Below the pieces are notes generated by a model that was not told where the DNA came from, ran no database searches, and saw only the letters and a program-made list of their open reading frames with translations. A program made the translations under genes and the position numbers. A stretch of 64,000 nt of DNA from Synergistales bacterium (lineage in GTDB: Bacteria; Synergistota; Synergistia; Synergistales; JAFGMB01): the NCBI GenBank assembly GCA_963666205.1, contig OY762654.1:2240001-2304000 (forward strand). The letters run 5' to 3'. How positions within the stretch are numbered: the stretch's first letter is position 1; every line of letters begins with the position of its first letter. Below, piece by piece: positions 48,156 to 57,746 of the stretch.

Positions 48156-48692
48156 ATGAAAAAATGGCTGGTTATACTTGTTGTCCTTTCAATGACGATC
48201 CTTATTGTCCTCTTTTTCAGAGACCTCCGCAGAAACGATATTTCCGGGGAGTACGATAGGGGTAACACGCCAGTTACGGAAGTAAAGAGAAGCCTGCCTG
48301 AAAAAAAGCCTGCAGGAGAAGAAATGGATCTGGAGAAGTACAGGATAAAAGCTGTTGATGGGAGAAAGGATATACAGGGAGATCTTTCTGTTATCCCTGA
48401 TGCTGATTCCCTTCAAAAACTTGCAGATGGTATAAATGGAAAGAAGAATTCTTCCGGGGAGGGAACTTGCGGTTCTATTGATCTGCCACCTAAAATTAAA
48501 GAGGCAGCGGATCAACTTAAGGATATGGTCGATTCTTTTGATGATGCAACTCTGAAGACAACCAGAAGGGCATTGAACAATATCCCCTTTTTCGAAGCGG
48601 AGCCCTCCAAAGCAAAGATCAGGATGTCTGGTGACAGGGTCACTCTGAAAGTTACTATTCCTGCTGATGATATAAGGATCGGCAAGAATTAG
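48156..48692 (+). CDS. Hypothetical membrane-anchored protein
   Basis: MKKWLVILVV.. N-terminal anchor after SD GGAGAGG; 178-aa ORF. Confidence 0.6.
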   Translation: MKKWLVILVVLSMTILIVLFFRDLRRNDISGEYDRGNTPVTEVKRSLPEKKPAGEEMDLEKYRIKAVDGRKDIQGDLSVIPDADSLQKLADGINGKKNSSGEGTCGSIDLPPKIKEAADQLKDMVDSFDDATLKTTRRALNNIPFFEAEPSKAKIRMSGDRVTLKVTIPADDIRIGKN

Positions 48693-48748
48693 GTTTCGTT
48701 CAGGTTCAAACCTGGGTTTCTGTTCCAGTCACAATGTTAGCTCTTATT

Positions 48749-49217
48749 ATGCTTGAGATCATAGATGCTCTCAAGAAAACGCAGTATCTGTCATTTCTGA
48801 GGTCACTTTTTTCTGAATATGCCGGGTCTCTTGAGTCTGATCTTGATTTTCAGGATTTTTCCATGGAGTAATCATCTTTACCTGGCAAATATTCCTCTCC
48901 TGAAGGAGTTCTCCTGCTTTCTCTTTTCAACGGAAGTCCCGCCGGGTGTAGCCATGCATCCGTGTTCTGGAGATGTTCTCGAAATGAAAAGACTCTATGT
49001 TAATCCATACTTTCAAGGCTTATCCATTGGAAGAAAACTGGCAGAGAAACTCATTGAGCTGGTCGGGTCCTAAGGATTCAGTTTTATGAGACTGGACACT
49101 GTCGCTACAATGACATTTGCCATAGCCCTTTACAATTCTTTTGGTTTCAGGGAAATTCCCCCTTACTGCTATAATCCAGTTCCGGGTGCTCTTTTCCTGG
49201 AATTTAAACTTGAATGA
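48749..49217 (+). pseudogene. GNAT acetyltransferase pseudogene
   Basis: LFSEYA..L..DL.FQ.F..E*..LPGKY, EMKRLYV.P...G..IGR.L, MRLDT, YNP; TAA at 48869 and 49071 and a frameshift near 48948. Confidence 0.85.
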
Positions 49218-49443
49218 ACTGCCTTTTCCCGTAAAGCATTTTCTTACCCCTTTCATTTTTATCTCTTGTGCTTCCTGTCAAGTTCTTGAGATTGAGAGTT
49301 TTGAGGGCAATAGCCTTTTAAGGCTATTGCCCTTTACATTTTATTGAATATAATCAATAACAGTTAGTTAAACTTATGATGGGATATCTTTCTATCTGGG
49401 AACAGTTTTTTGCCCTGAAATGTCAGGGCAGGAGGAGGAGGAA

Positions 49444-50640
49444 ATGAAAAAAGCCTATGTGGTAGGAACATGTGATACCAAGTACCATGAGCTGGCTTAC
49501 GTGAGGGATCTTATAAGAAAAACGGGTATAGAGACCGTACTTGTCGATGTGGGCATCAGATCTCATGATCATCCGGTGGATGTTTCAAATACAGAGGTAG
49601 CCAGTTATCATCCCGACCTGAGGGATCTTCTGGAAAAGGTCACTGACAGAGGAGAGGCAGTTATTGCCATGTCAAAGGCTCTCGAGAGGTTCATCGTAAC
49701 CAGGGATGATCTTTACGGTATTATCGGGCTCGGTGGTTCAGGTGGTACATCCCTTATTACATCGGGAATGAGACAACTTCCCATAGGTTTGCCGAAGATC
49801 ATGGTTTCAACTGTGGCCTCTTCAAATGTTGCTCCGTATGTGGGACCTAACGATATATGTATGATGTATTCGGTGACTGATGTGGCTGGGATCAACAGGA
49901 TATCCAGGGTGGTGCTTGGAAACGCCGCCCATGCCCTGGCAGGGATGGTCAAAGAGACTATTCCTGTGGAAAAAAATGGAAAAGAACCTTTGGGAATGAC
50001 CATGTTCGGTGTCACTACTCCATGTGTGAATCAGTTAATGGATCTTCTCCAGGAAGATTATGACTGCCTGGTCTTTCATGCTACGGGAACAGGTGGTCAG
50101 TCAATGGAAAAACTTGTTGATTCCCGGGTGATGAAGCGGGTAATAGATGTAACAACTACCGAGGTTTGTGACCTTATGATGGGTGGTGTCTTCAGTGCGG
50201 GGGAAGACCGGTTTGGAGCGATAATACGGAGCGGTATACCTTATGTCGGATCCTGTGGGGCTCTCGATATGGTGAATTTTGGTGCAATGGAGACAGTTCC
50301 CGAGAAATACAGAGGAAGAAATCTCTATGTCCATAATCCTCAGGTAACCCTTATGAGGACAACCCCCGAGGAGAATCGAAAAATGGGAGAATGGATAGGC
50401 CATAAACTCAATCAGTGTAATGGACCAGTGCGTTTCCTTTTGCCTGAAAAAGGGGTATCCATGATAGATGCTCCTGATATGCCTTTTTACGATCCGGATG
50501 CCGATGAAGCATTCTTTAGTTCTCTTGAAGAAACTCTGGAGCAAACCCATACCCGAAAGGTTATTCGGCTGCCGTACCATATCAATGATCCGGAGTTTGT
50601 TGCAGCTCTTGTGGACAATTTCAGGGAGATCAACTCCTAG
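49444..50640 (+). CDS. UPF0261 / Tm-1-like ATP-binding domain protein
   Basis: GTCDTK, GGSGGT, PKIMVST, DVAGIN, TMFGVTT, FHATG.GG, DMVNFG, HINDPEF. Confidence 0.9.
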   Translation: MKKAYVVGTCDTKYHELAYVRDLIRKTGIETVLVDVGIRSHDHPVDVSNTEVASYHPDLRDLLEKVTDRGEAVIAMSKALERFIVTRDDLYGIIGLGGSGGTSLITSGMRQLPIGLPKIMVSTVASSNVAPYVGPNDICMMYSVTDVAGINRISRVVLGNAAHALAGMVKETIPVEKNGKEPLGMTMFGVTTPCVNQLMDLLQEDYDCLVFHATGTGGQSMEKLVDSRVMKRVIDVTTTEVCDLMMGGVFSAGEDRFGAIIRSGIPYVGSCGALDMVNFGAMETVPEKYRGRNLYVHNPQVTLMRTTPEENRKMGEWIGHKLNQCNGPVRFLLPEKGVSMIDAPDMPFYDPDADEAFFSSLEETLEQTHTRKVIRLPYHINDPEFVAALVDNFREINS

Positions 50641-50747
50641 AAATTCCTATGGTTAATAGAACAGGTCTCAGGTATTTTATTTTGCGTGTTCAGCTTTTCA
50701 CCTGAAACCGGGATCAGGAACAAAAATCTTGTTGGGGGGGATTTTGT

Positions 50748-51578
50748 ATGAATAAACTTACCAGAACGGAACTGCTGGAAAAATTTCGAAATATGATCGA
50801 AAGAAACGAACCCATCATAGGTGGGGGAGCTGGTACTGGTATTTCTGCGAAATGGGAAGAAGCCGGTGGGATAGACCTCATAGTTATTTATAATTCCGGC
50901 CGTTACCGTATGGCGGGCCGGGGATCCCTGGCAGGTCTCATGGCTTACGGAAATGCCAACCAGATAGTTAAGGAAATGGCGATGGAAGTCATCCCGGTCG
51001 TCAAAAATGTTCCGGTACTTGCTGGTATCAATGGAACCGACCCATTCGTTCACTGGGATAATTTTCTTAAAGAACTCAGAGATCTGGGTTTTGCAGGAGT
51101 TCAGAACTTTCCTACAGTAGGACTTATCGATGGGATCTTCAGGGCAAATCTGGAGGAAACCGGAATGGGTTATGGCCTTGAAGTCGAAGCTATACGAATG
51201 GCCCACAAAATGGATATGCTTACTACACCTTATGTATTCAGCTCAGAAGATGCCATAGCCATGACAGAAGCAGGTGCTGATATTATCGTGTGCCATATGG
51301 GACTAACAACCAGGGGCAGCATTGGAGCCCATACATCAAAGACCCTGGATCAATGTGTGGCTCTTATTGATGAATGGGCATCGGCTGCTAGAAGTGTAAG
51401 GGAGGATGTGATCGTACTTTGTCATGGAGGGCCTTTAGCAATGCCTGAAGATGCACAGTATGTCCTTGAACGCTGCCGGGATATCAATGGTTTCTATGGC
51501 GCCAGCAGCATGGAAAGACTTCCCGTGGAAATTGCCATAAAGGAACAGATAGAAAAGTTCAAAAAAGTGACTTTCTGA
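50748..51578 (+). CDS. PEP-hydrolase-like TIM-barrel protein (Tm-1 C-terminal half homologue)
   Basis: [46 protein letters not shown]. Confidence 0.9.
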   Translation: MNKLTRTELLEKFRNMIERNEPIIGGGAGTGISAKWEEAGGIDLIVIYNSGRYRMAGRGSLAGLMAYGNANQIVKEMAMEVIPVVKNVPVLAGINGTDPFVHWDNFLKELRDLGFAGVQNFPTVGLIDGIFRANLEETGMGYGLEVEAIRMAHKMDMLTTPYVFSSEDAIAMTEAGADIIVCHMGLTTRGSIGAHTSKTLDQCVALIDEWASAARSVREDVIVLCHGGPLAMPEDAQYVLERCRDINGFYGASSMERLPVEIAIKEQIEKFKKVTF

Positions 51579-51595
51579 TGCTCCAGTTCAAATAA

Positions 51596-51626
51596 TTTAA
51601 AGCCGGGCTGAATACCCGGCTTTAAA
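51596..51626. terminator. Bidirectional terminator
   Basis: TTTAAAGCCGGG / CCCGGCTTTAAA between convergent genes. Confidence 0.7.
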
Positions 51627-51690
51627 TCTATCTTTATTATTTTAGCTTGATCACATGTCTTTTCTTTTTTTAATTTTCTCTCTGCTGTTG

Positions 51691-52572
51691 TTAAATAAGA
51701 TCTACAATGTTGATATCGTCATGAATATAATATTTCCCAAAATTGGCAAGAGTTTCGTATTTCTTTATTTCTTCTTTAGCCTGTTCAGGATTTTTCAGGT
51801 AAATTCCGATTATCAATGCATGGATCAGTGCCACTACAGCGGACATGGGTTCAACAAGAGTAATAAATTTCATGGGGACTGTAAAAATCAGATCGCATAA
51901 TGCCGCTATAGGGGATACATGGCTGTCTGTTATTCCTATAAGAGAAACTCCTTTGGATTTGAGTATCTTGGCTATGGTCTGTGTTCTTTCAGGATATCTT
52001 GGAAAACTGAGTATCAGGGCTGAACAACCTTTACCTATATCTTTAAGGTCGTTATATTCCTCTATATTAAAATTAACTATCTTTTTCACTTTTTGTCGGA
52101 TGATACTCAGGTATAGAGCGTATTCTACAGCGCATGAATCCGGTTGAGCTCCTACGATAAGAATATTACTTGAATTATAGAGCAGGTTAACTGCCTTCTC
52201 AAAAATTTCCGGTTTCAGTAAAGCAAGAGTTTCATCCATTATAGCTTTTTCAATCCCGAAAACCTTGGAAAAAAGGTTCTGCTCAAGATCCTCTCTTGCA
52301 AGAGAGGATCTTTCCAGGGAAGAAATATGATCCTTGATCAGATCTTTCATTGCTAACTGCAAATCAGATGAACCGGAATAACCCAGGGTATGGGCTAATC
52401 TCGTTACTGTAGATTCACTAACACCGGCAGCTTTAGCCAAAGTAGAAGCATTCTCGAATGCCATGTTCCTGTAGTTCAGCAGCATGAATTTTGCAAGCTG
52501 ATATTGTTTGGGGCTGAGGGAATCTGCATTGCTGTTGATCCTTTGAATTAAGGGTTTCTTTGTGATTGTCAT
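51691..52572 (-). CDS. MurR/RpiR family regulator
   Basis: LAKAAGVSESTVTR....LGYSG; SIS domain SFPRY, ITDS..SP. Confidence 0.9.
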   Translation of the reverse strand: MTITKKPLIQRINSNADSLSPKQYQLAKFMLLNYRNMAFENASTLAKAAGVSESTVTRLAHTLGYSGSSDLQLAMKDLIKDHISSLERSSLAREDLEQNLFSKVFGIEKAIMDETLALLKPEIFEKAVNLLYNSSNILIVGAQPDSCAVEYALYLSIIRQKVKKIVNFNIEEYNDLKDIGKGCSALILSFPRYPERTQTIAKILKSKGVSLIGITDSHVSPIAALCDLIFTVPMKFITLVEPMSAVVALIHALIIGIYLKNPEQAKEEIKKYETLANFGKYYIHDDINIVDLI

Positions 52573-52814
52573 TCAGGTGCCCCCATTCAGGAAAATCTTT
52601 ATTCAAAATCTGAGAAACCAGGTATTTACGAAACATTTCAGTCTGGGAAACTGTCATGTACTATCTTTAATTTCATCTAGAGAAAACTTCAATTCTGGAC
52701 CTTCTTGTCTAAAAATTCAGGGTATAGTATGATTCTATCATATGATAGAAAATTTTCATCAAGTTCTTATTTTGCAAGAATATTTCCAGCATATTCGAAA
52801 GAGGGGGAGTTGGA

Positions 52815-53771
52815 ATGAAGAAAATCCTTGTAACGGGGTCATTGGGGCAGATAGGCGTGGAGTTGATAAATTATCTGAGAGATCTATATGGAGGGAACAG
52901 TGTTTTTGCTACGGATGTAAGTGATAAAGAACTTTCCAAAGTCAAACGTGATGGCCCCTTTGAAATCCTTGATGTCAGGGATGGAGAGGCTTTTGAGCAT
53001 ATTGTTTCTTCTTTTAAACCCGATACAATATTTCATCTGGCCGGGATCCTTTCAGCTAATGCGGAAAAATTTCCCCAGAAAGCATGGGATATTAATATGA
53101 ATGGTCTATGTAATGCTCTTGAAATAGCCCGAAATTATGAAACTTCCCTTTTCTTTCCAAGCTCAATTGCCGCCTTCGGCCCTGGCAGCCCATCGGATAA
53201 CACCCCGCAGGACTGTATGCAGAGACCTTCCACCATCTATGGGATAAGTAAAGTGGCAGGGGAATTACTATGTGATTACTATCATTCAAAATACGGATTG
53301 GATACCAGAGGAGTCCGCTTTCCCGGCCTCATCTCCTATGAAGCGCTTCCTGGAGGGGGAACCACAGATTATGCAGTACATATATACTATGATGCTTTAA
53401 CAAAAAAGAAATATACTTCATTTATCGCTTCCGCAACCTATATGGATATGATGTATATGCCCGATGCACTGGATGCAATGGTCAAACTGATGGAAGCAGA
53501 TCCTTCCAGACTTGTACATCGCAATTGCTTCAACATAACAGCCATGAGCTTTTGCCCTGAAGATATGGCGAAGGAGATTAAAAAATACATTCCGGACTTT
53601 GTTCTTGACTATGATGTTGATCCTGTTCGCCAGTCGATTGCGGAATCATGGCCCAATTCTATTGATCCTTCTTGTGCTGTTGAGGAATGGGAATTTTCTC
53701 CAGTATATGATCTGGAGGCCATGACTGCAGATATGCTTGAAAAAGTAGCCCTTAAACTGAAGCTTCGATAA
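52815..53771 (+). CDS. L-threonine 3-dehydrogenase, SDR/epimerase type
   Basis: GSLGQIG, HLA.ILSA..E, PSSIAAFG, YGISK, PGGGTTDYAV, RQSIA.SWP. Confidence 0.88.
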   Translation: MKKILVTGSLGQIGVELINYLRDLYGGNSVFATDVSDKELSKVKRDGPFEILDVRDGEAFEHIVSSFKPDTIFHLAGILSANAEKFPQKAWDINMNGLCNALEIARNYETSLFFPSSIAAFGPGSPSDNTPQDCMQRPSTIYGISKVAGELLCDYYHSKYGLDTRGVRFPGLISYEALPGGGTTDYAVHIYYDALTKKKYTSFIASATYMDMMYMPDALDAMVKLMEADPSRLVHRNCFNITAMSFCPEDMAKEIKKYIPDFVLDYDVDPVRQSIAESWPNSIDPSCAVEEWEFSPVYDLEAMTADMLEKVALKLKLR

Positions 53772-53956
53772 AAAGAGTAGTATTACTCTTTTCCAGGTTC
53801 GGAGGATTTTTTGAGAAAAGGTTTACTCCATATGCCACCCCCCTATTCTCCATACAGGGGTGGCATATGTGTAAGAAGGATTGGTAAAAGCCTGTTAACG
53901 TGGGCGAAACTCACTAAAGTATCGACCCCTGTCAGCCTGCCGGACAGGTGTTATCT

Positions 53957-54628
53957 TTAAGTAAGGATTTCCATGGTTCCGACTTTGCAGTACGGCGATA
54001 GCCCGGTTACCATTTCCCTGATGTATACAAGGTGGTTTGTTGCGTATTGTGAAGAAATACCTTTTGGAACATAGACAGTGTAAAGGGCCTGGGTTGTGTT
54101 GAATGTTACCTGGGTCCGCTCGTCCGGTCCATAAATTATGCTGGAAATTATGCCTTCCTGGTCAGCCATGAAGATATCTCCCCTTTTGAGAGTCTGTTCT
54201 TTCCCTCCCATGGTTTTGTAAGTCTCCTCTCCCGAGGCTGCATGTACTGTTACTGGAAGAGAAATTTTTGTCATATCATGTACTGCTGTAAGGAGCAGAT
54301 TCTTAAGCTCGGCCATGAACATTATCTGGACAAAGGGAGGGGCCTCGGGAATACTTTTTCCCTTTAATGCCACAGATTCCAGTTGCAGAAGGACATGATA
54401 TGTCTTTTTGAATGTTTTATAGTAATCGGAATAGATCTTTATTTCGGAAATATTTTTGATGTTATTCCTTTGCATCCCTGAATAATTATTACGGAGTTCC
54501 CTTTCCAGTTCTTCTCGCAGAAAGGCCAGTTCAGGGAGACAGGAGGAAAGTTCTGCATTCCTTATCTCAAGAAAACCAGCCATAATGCCCGTCAAGTTAT
54601 TTCGGACCTCCCCGGATATGTAAAAGAT
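53957..54628 (-). CDS. B3/B4 (PheRS-editing-like) domain protein; probable ATC start
   Basis: Y..YYK.FKKTYHV.LQ, FMAEL...LLTA.HD, SSIIYGPD.RT; SD GGGAGGTG 6 nt before ATC. Confidence 0.75.
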   Translation of the reverse strand: MFYISGEVRNNLTGIMAGFLEIRNAELSSCLPELAFLREELERELRNNYSGMQRNNIKNISEIKIYSDYYKTFKKTYHVLLQLESVALKGKSIPEAPPFVQIMFMAELKNLLLTAVHDMTKISLPVTVHAASGEETYKTMGGKEQTLKRGDIFMADQEGIISSIIYGPDERTQVTFNTTQALYTVYVPKGISSQYATNHLVYIREMVTGLSPYCKVGTMEILT

Positions 54629-54727
54629 CGAAAACACCTCCCTGTTATAGATGCGCTATATATATATTTGTGTATTTATCGTAAACTATTGACATTACCT
54701 GATCGGCCAGGAGGAATATCACTCATA

Positions 54728-55672
54728 ATGCCAGGAAAATCCGACTATCGCGATATCAAAGCATCTATCTTTATGATAATGGCCTGCCTGTTCTGGTCGG
54801 GCACCTTTGTTACAGGTAAAACAGGTGTACTTCAATTTCCGCCCTTCACTTTCGCATTCCTGAGGTTTTTCTTTGCGGTTATTCTTGCTTTTCCTCTGGC
54901 CATGGTTCTTGAAAGGGGTAAATGGAAATTGTCTCTAAAGGAACTACCTCCTGTGTTCCTGATAGGAGCCTTTGGTTTTTTCGGAAACAACCTGCTGTTC
55001 CTGAATGCCTGCAGATATTCTTCTGCAGTGAACCTGGCCTCTATAGCAGCTTCATGTCCTATGATGACGGCTCTTCTGGCTACCTTATTGCTTAAGGAAG
55101 CAATGGATCTAAAAAGGTTTACAGGAATTATTTTTGCTTTTACCGGAGTGCTTCTCGTCCTTTCAGGTGGAGATATTTCAATATTAAGAGATATGTCCTT
55201 TAATTATGGCGATGTTATCCAGACAATAGGGATAGCCCTGCTTGCCATTTACAGCATACTGAGTCGAAAACTGGGTCAGAATTACTCACCCATTGTTATA
55301 GTAGCCTATGGTCTGCTTTTTTCCATGACTGCAACATTCCCGCTTATGATAATGGAGCATCCCTGGACATATTTATTAAAAGCAGATCTTTCAGGTTGGA
55401 TATCGGTCCTGTATCTTTCCTTTCTTGGATCGGTTGCGGCTTATTTCTTTCAGCAGAAAGCCATTAAGCACCTTGGTGCGAGCAGGACTATGGCCTTTAT
55501 GAACCTTATCCCGGTCTTTTCGGTTATTCTTGCTGTAATAATCCTGAAAGAGAATGTAAGCATAACCCAGATAGCAAGTACAGGTCTTATAATACTGGGT
55601 GTATTCCTGAATGCTGGAACAAAAACATCTACTATTGGACACGGACATATTCTCCCTCTGGAAAACAGATAA
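54728..55672 (+). CDS. DMT/EamA family transporter
   Basis: FWSGTF, LRF, LLKE, FMNLIPV...LKE; 10 TM helices. Confidence 0.88.
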   Translation: MPGKSDYRDIKASIFMIMACLFWSGTFVTGKTGVLQFPPFTFAFLRFFFAVILAFPLAMVLERGKWKLSLKELPPVFLIGAFGFFGNNLLFLNACRYSSAVNLASIAASCPMMTALLATLLLKEAMDLKRFTGIIFAFTGVLLVLSGGDISILRDMSFNYGDVIQTIGIALLAIYSILSRKLGQNYSPIVIVAYGLLFSMTATFPLMIMEHPWTYLLKADLSGWISVLYLSFLGSVAAYFFQQKAIKHLGASRTMAFMNLIPVFSVILAVIILKENVSITQIASTGLIILGVFLNAGTKTSTIGHGHILPLENR

Positions 55673-55701
55673 GGATACGAGATGTCTTTATAAGGTTTTT
55701 C

Positions 55702-56202
55702 CTAGCTTACTTTATCCCAGTCAATGAAATTGAGGAGTATACTGACAAATTTTTCCAGGCCGGCAGCATCTTCGTTATCAAAACGGCCTGTAATAGGGCT
55801 GTCGATATCAAGAACTCCACAAACTTTTCCACCAACTATAATGGGGATAACTATTTCCGAGAGAGAAGCCTCATCGCATGTAATATGTCCTGGAAACTTT
55901 CTGACATCAGGTACTACCAGGGTTTTCATTTTAACAACAGAAGTACCGCATACGCCCTTCCCTTTCTGGATGTGTGTACAAGCAGGTTTCCCCTGGAAGG
56001 GGCCAAGAACAAGTCCGTCTTCCCTGGTGATGTAAAAACCTGCCCAGTTGATGTCGTCCATAAGCAAGAACAGAAGAGCTGCTGAATTAGCAAGGTTTGC
56101 AAGCCAGTCAGGTTCTTTCGATACCAGTTTCTTCAGCTGAATGTTCATGTATTCATAAAATGAAGGTTTATCCTCTGCGAGGATCCCTGCAAATCTTTTC
56201 AT
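55702..56202 (-). CDS. msrC: GAF-domain free methionine-(R)-sulfoxide reductase
   Basis: NWAGFY, LGPFQGKPAC, GKGVCG, HITCD..S.SEIV.P, LDIDS. Confidence 0.88.
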   Translation of the reverse strand: MKRFAGILAEDKPSFYEYMNIQLKKLVSKEPDWLANLANSAALLFLLMDDINWAGFYITREDGLVLGPFQGKPACTHIQKGKGVCGTSVVKMKTLVVPDVRKFPGHITCDEASLSEIVIPIIVGGKVCGVLDIDSPITGRFDNEDAAGLEKFVSILLNFIDWDKVS

Positions 56203-56362
56203 ATTCGTATACCTCCCTGAAAAGCATTGAACTCAAGATTCGATTCTCAGGTTGTAAGGGATCTCAGCGTTTCTGTCGAAATATGTTGCCTGAAGGTTCT
56301 ATGCTTTTCCATTATGTATAAAATCTCGTTTGTTATCCTGAAATAAAAGTAATTTATTGTGG

Positions 56363-56980
56363 TCATGTCTTTTTCCTTTTCCCGTAAAGATCACTGACGT
56401 GATTAAAGGGATATTTGATCTTTGGCAGGGGGGATACTTTATTATGAGGGGTTTCTTGTATCTCTATCCGGCTCATAAGATCAGAAGCAAGATGCTGGCC
56501 AAAATCCATGCCTCTTTCCTGTGAAGGGAAAGACATAAGAAAGTATTTGTTACCTCCAGTTGTTACAAGAGCCAAATCCCATTCTTCCTGTTTAATGGAT
56601 ACAAATATGTTATGGATAAACTTTTTTTCCAACAGAATTGCATGGATCTCCATGAAGGTTCCCCTTTTCTTTTTCAATGGCAGAAAAGGACCCCACCAGA
56701 GAATAAAAATCTGGGAAGAATAAAATATATTTATATTCGGATACTTAAGGGCAATAAGAGCCCAGTATATGCCCAGAGCCATAATGGGCCATAGATGTTC
56801 CCTCCCGGCAAGAAGGCTCCCTGCGCCACTGAAAAACACTCCAATACCAATAATGCCTAGGAACATCTTTGGATAATTCCTGTATTTGATTATCCTGCAG
56901 CCAGCGTCAAAGTATCTCTTCATTATTGAAGTCACTGCCTTATTTTGCTTCAACATGGTACCACTTGGACATATGATCAC
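56363..56980 (-). CDS. Hypothetical membrane protein (start uncertain)
   Basis: 205-codon ORF with two hydrophobic segments followed by a soluble beta-rich-looking region. Confidence 0.5.
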   Translation of the reverse strand: MIICPSGTMLKQNKAVTSIMKRYFDAGCRIIKYRNYPKMFLGIIGIGVFFSGAGSLLAGREHLWPIMALGIYWALIALKYPNINIFYSSQIFILWWGPFLPLKKKRGTFMEIHAILLEKKFIHNIFVSIKQEEWDLALVTTGGNKYFLMSFPSQERGMDFGQHLASDLMSRIEIQETPHNKVSPLPKIKYPFNHVSDLYGKRKKT

Positions 56981-57550
56981 TCCAAATTATAAGAGTAATA
57001 TCATTCCTTTTCAAGTTCAGATATTTAACTGATTAAAAAGTTTTTGTCTCCAGGTTTTTTTGTTCTGTCAAGTCAGTGAAAAAACTGGTTATTTTCTCTC
57101 GTTAAAGTTTCATGCAGAGAAAAACGTATTCCATTTTTCCTGCTGTTATTCGTTGCTGTCATTCTGAGGACTATCAGGTACAAGCTGTTTAACTTGAGCA
57201 TCAGCTGGGAAAAGAGGTTTTTCTCCCTTTTCTTCAAGGATCCTTATTGAATGAAAGACAGGTAAATGTGAGCAGACCAGGAATACCCTTTGCTCTTAAT
57301 CTGTCTTATATAATCCTTATCTATCGTCCTTTTGAACAGGAGCATTGCAGGGAACACTATCCATATGAACCTTGTCCCGGAACCAGTAGTCCTTCAGACC
57401 TATATGGATTGAACAAAGAGTCCCTCCGGAGTTGTGTGTTTTGGATTATTTCAGATGACATCCTGGTCCCGTAGCCTCTTCCATAAAGATGTTACAGTTA
57501 TTACGTCAAAGACAAAGACCCTTGAGAAAAAAATATTTGAAAGCTTGAAA

Positions 57551-57635
57551 GCGAAAAGGCAAAACCGTCGAGAGGCGGTGACGCAAAGCCACGGGTCTCC
57601 AGTTTCTTCAGGAAGAGACAGCCGGGTTACCGAAA
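57551..57635 (+). ncRNA. c-di-GMP-I (GEMM) riboswitch
   Basis: GGCAAA-ACCGTC-GAGA-GGCGGT-GACGCAAAGCCACGGGTCT...GACAGCCGGGTTACCGAA. Confidence 0.92.
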
Positions 57636-57649
57636 TTAAGCAAAAATCG

Positions 57650-57689
57650 GAAAGCCTTCAGGTTACAGGACTGAAGGCTTTCATTTTTT
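57650..57689 (+). terminator. Riboswitch-associated terminator
   Basis: GAAAGCCTTCAG / CTGAAGGCTTTC followed by ATTTTTT. Confidence 0.85.
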
Positions 57690-57746
57690 CGATCAGGGGA
57701 TTGAATTTCAGGAAGGTTTCTTCCAGAGAGGTCGGGGGTGTTCTTG

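Noticed and set aside
48869-49073. Stop-codon recoding in the GNAT gene
   Set aside because: Both stops are TAA and there is also a frameshift; a pseudogene is simpler.
53890-53950. Hammerhead ribozyme or riboswitch suggested by CGAAAC
   Set aside because: No CUGAnGA core, and the region is not in a 5' leader; kept only as generic structure.
57000-57480. Possible gene remnant upstream of the c-di-GMP riboswitch
   Set aside because: Only short interrupted frames with no recognisable similarity.
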